DNA of 64,000 nucleotides from Carcharhinus longimanus (GCA_030264375.1 JASCQW010000061.1:113254610-113318609); one strand, 5' to 3'; positions 49,848-62,364 are shown, counted from the first letter of the stretch. Translations and numbers: made by a program. Notes: generated from the letters alone by a model not told the origin.

Positions 49848-52084
49848 AGGGCTAGGAATTCTATGGAAAGAACTTACCTCTGACTCTACAGAGCCTGTTC
49901 AACGTTTACAAGGCCCAAGTGAAGATTGTGATGGAACGTCCTCCACAAGGCTTGATGAGTGCTATTTCAAAAACATTTAAGAAGCCCGACACTCTATCCA
50001 AGACAAAAGAGCCAGCTTAACACCCCCCAACCAGAAAAGCATGCAAAATAGGAGCGGAGTAAGCATTTAGCCTTCAGAGCCTCACCTGCCATTCATTCAG
50101 ATCACAGCTGATCCAATTGTGGCCTTAACTCCACTTTTCTGCCTGCCCCATTAACTCCCTTCTAATCAAAAATCTATCCGACTTGACCTTGACACTCAAT
50201 TATTCTGCCTCAACTACTATTGGTGAATTCCAAAAATTAACAGCCCCTTTGAAGAAAGGATTTCTCCTCTTCTGTTGAATGGGAGATCAATTTTTTTGAA
50301 ACTGTGCCCCGTTGCTCTAGATTTCCCCATGAGGAGAAACATCTACTCTGATAAACCCTTGCAATCTTAAATGTTTCAGTACCATCTCCTCTCATTTTTC
50401 TGAAGTCCAGTAAGTTTAGGCCCAACTTGCTCAACCTTTCCTTATGAACTTCTACCACCTTAAATATTCTCTCCCTCCACCAGCAGCATACGGTGGCAGC
50501 ACATCGTATATCATATACAAGCTGCACTGTAGCAATTTGTCAAGGCTTCTTCAATGGCACCTTCAGTCTCTTCCAAATCCCTAAACTCACCACTTAAAAG
50601 GACATAGGCAACACACAGGAATATCACCATCATCCTGATTTAGAGCTATGTCGCTGCTCCTTCATTGGGTCTCTCCCTTCCCTCCCACCCACCCACCTCA
50701 AGAAGTTTGATTTCCAAACCCCCTCTTCCCCCAAAACAGGGTCTGATTCTCCAGAATCTAACCAGTGCTCCAAATTTTAAATTATGAGACAAAGTTATGT
50801 ACATTCGCTTTATGTTCCCTGGAATTTAGAATGGGAAGAGTTGAATTTATTGATGACTTTAGGATTTTGCAAATAGCTGAGAAGGAAGCTAGAGATGGAT
50901 TTTGTTTCCTTTGGGGAAAATCTAGAGGAAGGTCTTAATGTTAAAATTATAGCTGGTCCGTTCAGGAGCGAACTTTGGAAACACATTTCTTTCATGCGAC
51001 AGGTGGTGGAAGTGGGGAACATTAAATGCAAACTCAATTAATACATCTGAGACCAATAGGTTTGTGCCCGACAAAGTTATACAAGGACGTGAAACCAAAA
51101 CAAGTGGCACAAGTTAAATTGTAGGTCAGCTGATCTCATTAAATGGTGGAACAGGCCTGAGGGACTCAGTGGCCTAGATATGTTCCTGTGCATAAATGTG
51201 TTTTAAAATTCTTATTTTTTTTGCGTGTTTCCCCTCTTACCTACCCAAGAGTTATGCACCATAAAATGCCAGCCAAAAAAAGTGTACCTTATCCTGCTGC
51301 AGCCTCTAATGCTACCTGCTAGGTATGAAAGAACAGCTTAGGTTGCTCTGCCCAAAACTTTTTCCCCTTTGCTTTCTATGATGCAACAGCACCTCAACCT
51401 TTTGATACAACTGAGGCTGTTGATATAGTACATGGAAAATCACGGATCGCATCACTCTTTGACACAGGGTTTTGGGGTTTCAGCACATGATGACATGTTG
51501 CTTTTTTTATTCTTGTTCAAACTTTTGCCAAGGGGGTGAAAATGTTAATTTATGGCACAAAAACAATGGGATATAATTTAAAATATTCAAGACAAGAAGA
51601 ACTCTGTACATTTTCTGAGAGGTGCTATGTTAATTCTGAGAAATATGTAAATATGAATGTGGAAGAGTGCTGTGATGGACTTCAGTTATCATTGTCAGAT
51701 TTAGCATCAGTACTGATCAGCAGGAAAATCTTGAAGTCAATCATTAAAATCCACTGTTGTCATCCATTTAAATCAAATGGATGACTGGTGAGCTACAGAT
51801 GTATTAATACAGCTGATGGATTGTTCCACCTTAATGTTGTAGGGTTTGTTCGCTGCTGTTCCCAACTGGTGTACTCTCCCACTGGTGACACCTAGCAGTA
51901 TGTTACCACTGCTTCAGTATTGGTGATTTCCACCAGCAATGAGTCTAGCAGTGCATGATTCAAACAAGTGAGAAGATTTATTATGTCTCAAGTTTTCTTC
52001 CATCATTTAGCAACTAATGTACATGCTACAAACAGCATGAGTTCTTTTACTCAATGTTCATGTTCTTCCATATCCTTACTTGCA

Positions 52085-53410
52085 TTAAATGGTTACAGCA
52101 CAGAAGGAGCTCATTTGGGATCAGCGTCTGTGCTGATCCTCTGATGAAACAATTCCGTGTGTACAATACCCCAGCTTTTCCATGCAAATTTTGCCTTTAC
52201 AAATAATCCCCCTTTGAAAGTCTCAATTGACCCTGCCTCCACTGCACTCTTAAGCAACGCTTTCCAGATCCTAATCACTTGCTGTGTGAAAATGTTTTTC
52301 TTTGTGTTGCTTTAGTTTATTTTGCCAAATACCTTAAATGTGTCTCTTCTGGTTTTCTATCCCTCCACCATTGGTAACAGTTTCCTTCCTATCTATTCTG
52401 TCCAGACCCCGCACAATTTAGAATCACAAATTTCCACTCAAACTTCTCATCTCCAAGGAGAACAGTCCCACCTTTTTCAATCTTTCTTTGTAACTTAAGT
52501 TCCTTGTCCCTGAAACCATTCTCATGAATTCTTTCTGCACCCTCTCTATGCTGCCTTTATGTGATCCCTAGTGTGCTGCCCAGAACTGGACACAATACTC
52601 CAGTTGAGGCCAAATTAGCGTTTCTTAGTTGTTTGATATAATTCCATGTATGGCCCTATTGATAAAACCCAGGATGTCATAGGCTTTAACTACACACTCA
52701 AGCTGTCCTGCCACCTTCAGTGATTTATGCACTTGTACCTAGGTCCCTCTGTTTCTGCACTCCCTTTAGACTTGTATCCTTTATATACTGTCTCTTTGCG
52801 TTCTACCTACCAAAATGGATCACTTAGAACCATAGAACATTACAGCACAGAAACAGTCCTTTTGGCCTTTCTTGTCTGTGCCAAACCATTTTTCTGCCTA
52901 GTCCCATTGACCTGCACCTGGACCATATCCCTCCACACCCCTCTCACTTCATACTTTTCTGAATTAAATTTCAGCTGTGACGAGTCCACCCATTCCACCA
53001 AACTAGCCTTTTGAAGTTCTGTCATTGTTCACAATATGCAAATTACATATCATGTGCAAATTGCAAAATTGTGCCCTGTACACCAGTGTCCAGGGCATTA
53101 CAAATGTTAGATGAGCAGAGGTCCAAAGGGATCTCCACTAGTAACCTTCTTCCAGTCTGAAAGACAATCATTCACCACTATTATTTGTTTCTTTTTGCTC
53201 GTCTACTTGTGTATTCCTATTACTATTGTCCCTTGTATTCGATGAGCACTATATCTGCTCATCTGTTTTGTGACACTTTACGAAATGTCTTTTGGAAGTC
53301 CATGTACAGTACATCAGCAGTAAACACTTAACAAATCTTTGTTACCTCACCAAAAAACCAAAGCAAAGTAGCTAAACACGATTTGCCCTTAACAAATCCA
53401 CATTGGCTTG
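52085..53410 (-). mobile_element. CR1 3' remnant with a nested CR1 tail at about 52825-52945
   Basis: cccagaactggacacaatactccagttgaggc is the reverse of PQLEYCVQFW. Confidence 0.8.
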
Positions 53411-53586
53411 TTTAAATATGTCTTAAATAAAAAATATATTTTCGTATAACGATAAATATTGTATGTATTGCTAAATGTCCTGTTTCCAAATGCCATAAGT
53501 TAATGTCTCACCTCTGGTAGTTACTTAGTGTACATGAAATCTAACTTCATAACTCTTTCCTGTTCTTTGCTTGCACTGTTACAAAG

Positions 53587-53610
53587 ATGATGCATCTGAC
53601 AAAGCAGATG
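53587..53610 (+). CDS. CLASP2: CLASP2 24-nt microexon J, phase 1/1 (probably alternative)
   Basis: Boundaries ctgttacaaag|AT GAT GCA TCT GAC AAA GCA GAT G|gtaaga give (D)DASDKAD(G), matching recalled human CLASP2 EDTSDKLDG at this position. A CTAAC branch-like motif and TGC motifs lie upstream. Confidence 0.85.
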
Positions 53611-55674
53611 GTAAGAAAATTGCCTACCTCTCTTTTTAAAACCATGTTATAGATCTATAACTGACATGTTTTAATATGCTTATGAGTTTAAATGCTAGAT
53701 TTAACATTGCATATTGTTATGTCTCTTAATTGGAAGCCTGAGGAGTAGTCATTTATGTCAACTTGCTAAAACGTGGAACATATGGGCATGTTGCTTCCTT
53801 GAAAATTGTCCCATTAAGAGACAGTACCAACAGTTGCTATATGGTATAATACATTTGTCATAAGTATGCAACTCAAAATTAACAATTTGCAATTTCCCTG
53901 ACAAGCTTGTAAATCCCAAGTTGTCTCGTACTTTTTTTCAGTCATTGTTTTCCATAAATGTTTACAAGTTCATCAATAATCCCTGAAACAAAATCAAGGT
54001 ACATTTCTAAATTCAGCAAGTAATTTTACAGTCAAAAGTTATAATCATAATAACTGTACTAAGATTATTTACACTGTCAATTGGGAGCAATTTTCTTTTT
54101 TGAGGAATTGCACTTGAAGATGCAAAGCACCAATAAATTAAATCTAGTTTTTGTAAAACCTGGAAAAGTGACTTAGAGTTGTTGATTTGTTATGTTAAAA
54201 AATTGTTAATGAACGTCCTTTTGGAAAAGAAACGTGCTTCCATTACCTGTTTTGGCCTATTTGTGACTCCAAACCTACACCAATGTAACTTAACTAGTAG
54301 TTCCAACAAAATATGACCGTTTTCTTTGCAAGGACAGAGACGAGGGGCATCATTAAGATGGGTTATGTATTTTCAAGCATTTTGAACATTGCAGTCATTC
54401 CTCAATTCCATCACCAATTCAACATTTAGTTTTTGTGGCTCAGCTGACTAACCTAGTTGAACTTGAAAGATTTTGAAAATAGATTTTCCTTATAGAGCCT
54501 TGTGTTCAAAATACATTTTCAAACGTTTAATCCTGTTTGGAAGTATTCTGCTTGTAGATCAGTAGTTCTGTTCTCAGATAATTTCCTGACCACAGTCGTA
54601 AAGTTGTTTAGGTAGACTTTGATGTGCTCTGTTTAAATCTTCTTTATAGCGAGCTCTTTGGCCCAACACACAGCTGTTGCGTACTTTTCTTTCTCTTATG
54701 GTTTCTGTTTTCTATCTTAATCCTTGTATGCATGTTTTTTACTAATCAGTTTTACACTCAAAATTGTTTTTTTCTTTAGATTCTCATTATCTGTGTTGAT
54801 ATTCATTGTTTATAGAAATTTTACCTTCTCTTGGTGGTTTCAAGTTGCTCTTGAAGTACAGTGAGCAGGATTGTACAAAGCCCGTGCAAGGGGCTGGTTG
54901 GTAGGCAATAGGGTAGGTGCTCTAAGTGGGAGGTGGCTGGGCCATCCTCCATAGCAACACTTAGATATTCAGATTTCTCCTCTGTCCCTCTAATTATCAC
55001 AAGATCTCGTTAGCCTCTTGAGTACACACCATCAACCAGTACTCTCAATTATTGTGTTCTTTAGGATAATGTCATTTGCTATTTGCATTGCTTTTCTTTT
55101 CTTCAGTCTTGTCACCCTCCACATTAAGTCACAATTTTCTTGTACTGACCTATTCCTCAATCTATCCAAATCTTGTTTGCATTTCCTTGTTGCCTTCAAA
55201 AGGATGCAGTTTCACCCTTCTATTCTCCCTCACTGAATCTGACTTTATTTGTGTCCCTATTCAATTAATTTCAAATCCACTTTCTTACTTGGTCCCCAAC
55301 TTTTCGTTCCATGTTTTCCAATATTATGGCCAAATATCTGTGCAAAACATCACCGAAGTATAACATTCACTGCATTCCTTAGTCCCTTGGTCTTTTGAAA
55401 AGCTCCAATATATTTTCCGGTTGGCATTCATTTGTATTTTCCTGTGTTCTCAAATCTACCTTTCTGAAGTTTGTCTGTTATTCTTACACTCTTCTCCATT
55501 ATAAATCTGATTTTAATCTCTATCATATGACCAGTGGAGTTTAGATTGTTCAGGTACCCATCACTTTTAAAGGTTTGTATGTTATTGTAAATAATTTGTG
55601 CTTGACCAGGCCTTTTTGCACTTTTTTATGGGAATATTTTCAAAAATGTTGAAATATACATGGAACAACCTATC

Positions 55675-55801
55675 GGGCTGAATTTTGCCATCCCGCCCAC
55701 CACAGATTTCGTAACGGGTGGGGCATGGACCGTGAAACGGTCTGTTGACCTCAGGTGGGATTTTCTGAACTTGGGATAAGCATAGCTGGAAAATCCCACC
55801 C
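55675..55801. mobile_element. Harbinger-type MITE (127 bp) with 3-bp TSD
   Basis: Imperfect TIRs gggctgaatttt / aaaatcccaccc (9 of 12 match), with ATC on both sides (55672-55674 and 55802-55804). Confidence 0.7.
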
Positions 55802-55850
55802 ATCATTTCTGTCAATAGCTTTCCTTTTTCCAACTTTATTCTCTTTCTAG

Positions 55851-55949
55851 GTCGTATCCGTAACAGGCAACTACTCACGGGAGCTGGTGCTGGTGATGTT
55901 GCTGATTCTCGAGGGCGAAGTCGTACAAAAGTGGTGTCTCAATCCCAAC
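55851..55949 (+). CDS. CLASP2: CLASP2 coding exon K, 99 nt, phase 1/1
   Basis: Boundaries ctctttctag|GT CGT...CAAC|gtatgt. Translates (G)RIRNRQLLTGAGAGDVADSRGRSRTKVVSQSQ, with conserved DSRGRSRTKxVSQSQ. Confidence 0.95.
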
Positions 55950-56111
55950 GTATGTATTTGACATGTTGCCAGTGTGATGGAACATGACTAATTTTGCAAG
56001 TCAGGGTACAGCAAAAACTGTTATTTATGTGCAGAAAAGATGCATTAGTGTTGTACTTGCCCTTTTAAATGTTGAATGATCTAAGTTTTGAACAACTATT
56101 CTGTGCCTCAG

Positions 56112-56138
56112 GTTTAACATCATCTGAAGATAACAAAG
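56112..56138 (+). CDS. CLASP2: Candidate 27-nt CLASP2 alternative microexon, phase 1/1
   Basis: Boundaries tgtgcctcag|GT TTA ACA TCA TCT GAA GAT AAC AAA G|gtatat give (R)LTSSEDNK. It preserves frame and has the same position, length and phase as the recalled CLASP1 RSRSANPAG cassette after VSQSQ. Confidence 0.6.
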
Positions 56139-56859
56139 GTATATTTGCTGTTATTTATATATGTTTTTCTTTTTGCATGTTCTGATGATTTTATGTGAAG
56201 CTAAGTGTTGTAATATGTTTGTCAAAATTCTTCCTTAAAGTAGTAGACAGCCATGAGCAGCAAATGTGACTTAAATGTATTGCTTTTTTTGAAAGATTTA
56301 TTGTGAATTTTATAAATGTAAGAAAGGAAAAGTGGAATTTGGCTCCTTTTCTGCAGAGATTCACCATTCTGTCCTTTTGGGCATTACATCTTTGTCTTGC
56401 AATATTATTTTACAGTTATCTCAAGGCAGCAGTAGGGGGAAGTGGCTGTTTATGAAGGATGTTTCCTATATATGAGAAACATGTAACACTTAGTACAGAT
56501 TATTGAATTATTTATGATACTGCATGGTTGACTGCAAAAATGATATTCAGATCTATGAACGTAAGGCCTTAAGTCAAGTATGAAGGATTCTCTTAAAAGT
56601 GGACTAAATACTAAATTACAATTAGTTATTGTGCTATAATCTTAAATAGAAAATACCCTTATACAAGTTTAAAAACTATTATAATATTGTGTTGGGGCTC
56701 AAGATTTGCTGTCTTTTTTTGTGGATAATGTAGTGTAATGATTATCAGTATATGACTTCATTCTAACTTAGTTTCTGCATGTTTCTAAGAGAAGTGTTCA
56801 AAAGCTGTTTTCCAATAGAAAGGGAAAACAAAATGTCAAATCCACAATGTTTTAAATGT

Positions 56860-57420
56860 AGTTATAAATTTAATATAATAAAACATCCCAAGACACTTCG
56901 CAGGAAGTGAAGGCTATTAAGCAGAATTGAACAGTAATCCACGTAAGGTGATATTTGGGCAGATGGCCAATAACCTGGTTAAATAGGTAGGTTTTAGTGA
57001 GTGCCTTAAATGAGGATTATGAGATGGAAAGGCGTTGAAGTTTTCAGAGGGGGATTCCAGAACCTAGAGCCTTGGCAGCTGAAGGCGCGGCCAGTGATGA
57101 AGTGGTTAAAATCGGAGTTGCTCAAGAGGCTAGAATTTAAAAAGTGCAATTATCACAGAGGGTTGTGGAGATGAAGTAAATTTGAGATATGGAGAGCCAA
57201 AGCCACAAGGAAGTTGAAAAACTACGATGAAAATTTTAAAATTCAAGGCATTGCTTGACCAAAAGTCAGTGTAAGTTACCAGGATGATGGTGAATGGGAC
57301 TTTGTGCAAATAGGACACAGGCCTGTTGTTTTGAATAACTTTATCTCCATGTAGGATAGAATGGGAGGCCAGTGAGGAGTATGTTGAAGTAGTTAAGTCC
57401 AGAGGTAACAAAAGCATGGA
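56860..57420 (-). mobile_element. L2 LINE 3' remnant
   Basis: Minus strand reads GRAFSCQGSRFWN...FKALTKTYLFNQ, typical of the L2 ORF2 C-terminus. ALNFKIFIVVF lies upstream. Confidence 0.75.
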
Positions 57421-57559
57421 TGATGATTGAATGATGAATAAGTGTTGATACATCACTATCATTCTTGACTCTGTGCTGTCTTTGACTCCATAATCTAAAC
57501 TGTTGTCACCAATGGAGTTACTGATGGAGCCTGTGACCTAGGGCTAAACAATTTTTTGC

Positions 57560-57832
57560 ATGAAATCAATTAAGACTCCATCATCCTGTTTAAACAAATG
57601 TTAAAAATTCCACAACAATATTCACAATAGAACTGGGAGTTCTTTCAAAATGCCATTACACCCTAACCAGTTTTACGGAAAAATCCAACAATTATCTCAG
57701 CACAACTGATAGGATTTTGCTGTTCCAAAGTGGCTGTTGTGGTTACCTGGATTAGTCACTGCACTTCAAGTATCATTCATTGCGTGAAGTTCTCTTTCAT
57801 TCTGATAATGAACCGTACAAATACAACTATTT
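57560..57832 (+). mobile_element. Old Deu-domain (SacSINE1-like) SINE remnant, tentative
   Basis: Loose match to a recalled Deu-SINE consensus: ttaaaaattccaca...gggagttct...ttgctgttccaaagtggctg...tcactgcacttcaa...ttcattg. Confidence 0.45.
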
Positions 57833-58374
57833 GATTAGCTTATGTCTCATTTTGTATAATTTAAAATGGGCCAATTTGATAGCGATGGAAGCAACTCTTG
57901 AAAGCTATTTTATCCTTAGCCTGAGGCATATTCCATAGCCTGTACTGTGGTCCAGTCGGTTTAGTCAGCACAAACTAGAGATTGAAACAGAGTGTTTACT
58001 TGTGTGGATTGGCACCAAAACTGTCGCATGCAGCAGATATGATCTTTGTCGTTAGAGTTGTGTTGGAAAATTAAAAGATTTATAAATTGAAGCAAACAAT
58101 TCAAGTTGAGTGGAGAATAAGGAGGGAAAAGAAGCAGGGATTTAGATTAATGTGACTCTTCCGAGCATCATATTTTAAGGAATTTTGCAACTTTTGAATA
58201 ACAACTGAATATTTGAACTGCATGAAAGCTTTGAATTGTGCCACTTACCTTAGAAAATATTGCCTTCCATTTGTTCAAATCTTGCACTTATTGTTAGAGC
58301 TCTAAATAGACACTAACTTTCACGTTGAATTCCTTACTTGAGTTATTTTCCTTTGTCTTATCCAGTTTGATAGC

Positions 58375-61300
58375 AAGGATAGTAGGAAAGAGCTTAAACA
58401 GAGACTTAAGAGGACAAAAAGCGGCCCTGAAAGTCCTTGGCAGGCAGGATTAAGGAGAATGCCGAAGCATTTTATGTGCATATAAGGAGAGAGAAGATAC
58501 CTAAGGAAAGGGTAGGTCCACTCAAGGACATTGGAGGGAATTTGTATGTGGAGCCAAACAAGGTGATTAAGGCCCTTAACGAGTACTTTGCATCACAAAG
58601 TGAAGGATGTGGTGCATGGTGAGCGTAGAAAGAAGGATGTTGACATTCTAGAACACGTTGAGATAAAAAGGGAGGGGGTATTGGCAGTTTTGGAAAACAA
58701 TAAGTTGGACAAGTACCCAGGGCTAGATGGGGTCTATCCCAACTGAGAGATGCGAGGAAATAAATTATTGAAACCTTGGCCAAAATCTTTGTATTGTCTT
58801 TAGCCACAGACGAGGTACCAGAGGATTGGAGAGTAGCTCACGTTGTTCTTCTGTTTAAGAAGGGCACAAGAGACAATCTGGGATATTACAGGCTTGAGAG
58901 CTTTATGTCAGCTGGTGGGGAAATTATTTGAGAAGATTCTTAGAGACAGGATGTACTCACACCTGGAAGAGAATAGAACATAGAACATTACAGCGCAGTA
59001 CAGGCCCTTCGGCCCTCGATGTTGCACCGACCATTGGAACCAATCTAATGACCCTCTAACATAAACTATTCCAATGTTATCCATATGCCTATCCACTGAC
59101 CATTTGAATGCCCTTAAAGTTGGCGAGTCCACAACTGCNNNNNNNNNNNNNNNNNNNNNNNNNNNNNNNNNNNNNNNNNNNNNNNNNNNNNNNNNNNNNN
59201 NNNNNNNNNNNNNNNNNNNNNNNNNNNNNNNNNNNNNNGAATGTTTTTAAGGCAAGGATAGATAAATTTTTGAACAGTAAAGGAATTAAGGGTTATGGTG
59301 AGCGGGCGGGTAAATGGAGTTGGATCCACAAAAAGATCAGCCATGATCTTATTGAATGACGGAGCAGGCTCGAGGGGCTAGATGGCTTAATCCTGCTCCT
59401 AGTTCTTATGTTCCCCTTGTCATATGTTCTTATGACAAGAGAGATTGTCAGCTTAGTGAGAAAGAAGGAGGAGACATACATAAATTTCAGGACATTGAAA
59501 ACGGACAAGGCTCTTGAGGAATTTAAAGAGAGAAGGAAACAGCTTAAACAGGAATTTTGGAGACCAAAAAGGGGCCATGAAATGTCCTTGGCAGGCAGGA
59601 TTAAGGACAATTCCAAGGTTTTTTATGCACATATAAGGAGGAAGAGGGTAGCTAAGGAAAGGGTAGATCTTCTCAAGGACATTAGAGGAAGTTTGTGTGT
59701 AGAGCCAGATGAAGTGGATGAGGTCCTTAACAAGTATTTTGCATCAGTATTCAGAAAAGAGTAGGATATGGTGAATAGTGAGTGTAGAAAGGGGGATGTT
59801 GACATTCTAGGGCATGGTGAGATAAAAAGGAAGGAGGTAATAGAGGTTTTGAAAAACATTAAGGTGGACAAGTCTCCAAGGTCATATAGGGTCTATCCCA
59901 GAATACTGAGAGACAAGTGAAGAAATTACTGAGGCCTGGGCCAAAATCTTTGTATCCTCTTTAGCCAAGGGCAAGGTACTAGAGGATTGGAGAGTAGCTA
60001 ACATTGTTTCTCTGTTTAAGAAGCACAGAAGAGACAATCGGGAAATTATGGGCCTGTGAGCCTTAGATCAGTGTTGATAAATCACTGGAGAAGATTCTTA
60101 GGGACAGGATGTACTCACATCTGGTACAGAATAGGCTTATTAGCGATAGGCAGCATGGCTTTGTGAACAGGAGGTCATTTCACACTCTTGATTGAGTTCT
60201 TTGAGGAAGTGACAAGAAAAATTGACCAGGGCAGGACAGTGGATGTTGTACACATGGACTTTAGTAAAACCTTCGATAAGGTTCCTCATGGCAGGCTGAT
60301 ACAGAAGGTGAAGTCATATGGGATCCGAGGTGAGCTGGTAAGATGGATACAAAACTGGCTTGGGCATAGAAAGAGAGTAGCAGTGAAAGGGCACTTTTCT
60401 AACTGGAGCTCTGTGACAAGCAGTGTTCCACAAGAGCCAGTGCTGGGGCTTCTTTTGTTTGTAATATATATAAATGATTTGGAGGAAAATGTAGATAGTC
60501 TGATTAGTAAATTTAGTAAGGATTATGGGGGGAAAGTGGAACTGATTCACTTCAGATCAGCCATAATCTTATTGAATGGCGGGGTAGGCTTGAAGGGCTA
60601 GATGGCTACTCCTGCTTCTATTTCTTGTGTTCTTATGTTAAATTTACAGATAAATTGGGGGAGTAGTAGATAGTGAGGAGGATTGTCAGAGGATTCAGCA
60701 GGATAAAAATCGACTGGAGACCTGGACTGAAAGATGGCAGATAGAATTTAACCCAGACAAATGTGAGGTGATGCGATTTGGAAGATTTACTGCAGAAGGA
60801 AAATATACAGTAAATGGTAGATCACTTAGAAATATTAGTATACAGAATGATCTAGGTGTGCAGATCCACAGTTCCCTGAAGGTGGCAACTCAGGTGGATA
60901 AGGTGGTCAAGAAGGCATATGGCATATTCGCCTTCATCAGTTGGGGCATTGAGTGTAGGAATTGGAAAATCATGTTACAGCTGTATAAGACTTTGGTTAG
61001 GCTGCATTTGGAATATTGTGTAAAATCCTGGTCGTCTCACTACCGGAAAGGTGTTGATACATTGGGAAGGGTGCAGAAGAGATTTGCCAGGATGATGCCT
61101 GGTTTGGAGGATATGGACTATGAAGAAAGGTTGAACAAACTTGGATTGTTTTCATTGGAGTGTCGGAGAATGAAGGGGGACATTAGAAATTTACAAGATT
61201 ATGACAGGTTTGGATAGAGTGGATAGTCAGTCCTTTTTCCAGAGTTGAAAGGTCAATTATTCAGGGGCATAGATTGAAAGTGAGAGAGGGAAAGTTTAAA

Positions 61301-61540
61301 TGAGATGCAAGAGGGAAGTTTTTCTCACAGGGTGATGAATGCCTGGAATGTACTGCTGGAGGAGGTGGTGGAAGCAGGTCCTATAACAACGTTCAAGAGG
61401 CATCTGGATAGATACATGAGTAGGCAGGGAATAGAGGGATACGGACCACGTCGAGGCAAGAAAATATTAGACTCGAGGCATCTGTGAATCACAAACTTGG
61501 TTGGCCAAAGGAACTTTTCCTGTGCTGTTTACTTTGTTAT
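58375..61540 (+). mobile_element. CR1 ORF2 cluster: a partial copy followed by a longer copy, with nested younger tails
   Basis: LAGRIKxN occurs twice. Also IEFFEEVT..DFSKTFDKVPHGRL, VPQEPVLG and LYKTLVRLHLEYCV. Confidence 0.92.
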
Positions 61541-62364
61541 TAGAATTTTCAACCCTTCATCCATAACTTCTGTTGATTATGCCATTAGTGGCTATCCAGT
61601 AGTTTTAAAAAACAATGAGGGCTTTGTCTCTACCACCTTCCTCAGGTAATGAGTTCCAGATCTTTAGCATCTTCTAAGTAAAAAGCTTTGTCCCCAACTT
61701 TCCTCATTTTTTTGTCAATTACTTTAAATCTTTGGTTCATGGTTATTGACCTGTGTGTTAAGGGAGATAGGTCCTTCCTACCTACTTTTTTCTAGACCAC
61801 TTATAATGTAATGCTCTTTTCTTTCACCACTTCTGTTTCAAAGAAAGTAATCCCTCCCTATTTATCATTCTGAATAACTGAAATTCTCTTTTCTTGGCAA
61901 CATCCTGATATTTAGCATTAGCACCTTGCTTGTTCGTGGTCATTTTGATATGAAAACTGTCATATGTTATAAGTGTACCACCATACTAAGCTTAGAATCC
62001 ATGAGCATGAATGTTGGAAAGCCATTTGTGACAAATACCCAAAGGTTTGGAATGTTGTTCAAATTAATGGCTTAGCAGAATTCTGTTCAAATTTGCAATC
62101 ACTTAATTTTTGCTGCAAAGATTCATGCGAGTTGCATAATTTGAGATTACAATATCAGATTATGAGATTACATGTTTTCAAATTGTATTCGGGATACAAA
62201 TTTTTTGGTTAGCTACCATCTCCATTACGCAACACCATATTTTTTAAACCACAAGTCAATACCTGGATTCTTTGCTTGCTACTTGAGCCGCTGACTACTA
62301 CTTGTAACTATAATTTGAGTCATTTTAAATCTTTTTTTGGAATTTGCTCGTGTGAGTGCGACAG

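Larger units (their letters stand above)
45170..50670 (+). mobile_element. Second CR1-like LINE family copy interrupted by CR1, Penelope and a Gypsy element
   Basis: QGGSSGPSILSCFINDL-like RT motif near 46320 and cagacttgggctgataattggca. The sequence resumes after the LTR at 49848 and again at about 50440. Confidence 0.6.

Noticed and set aside
54333-54361. Possible ortholog of the recalled human GTASEDG microexon (gcatcattaagatg)
   Set aside because: The best acceptor gives 29 nt, which shifts frame. The 24-nt alternative encodes an unrelated peptide (ETRGIIKMG) and the gttatg donor is weak.
54496-54680. Other AG/GT pairs near 54496 and 54650
   Set aside because: One has an in-frame stop, the other is 31 nt. 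Donors are weak and such pairs are expected by chance.
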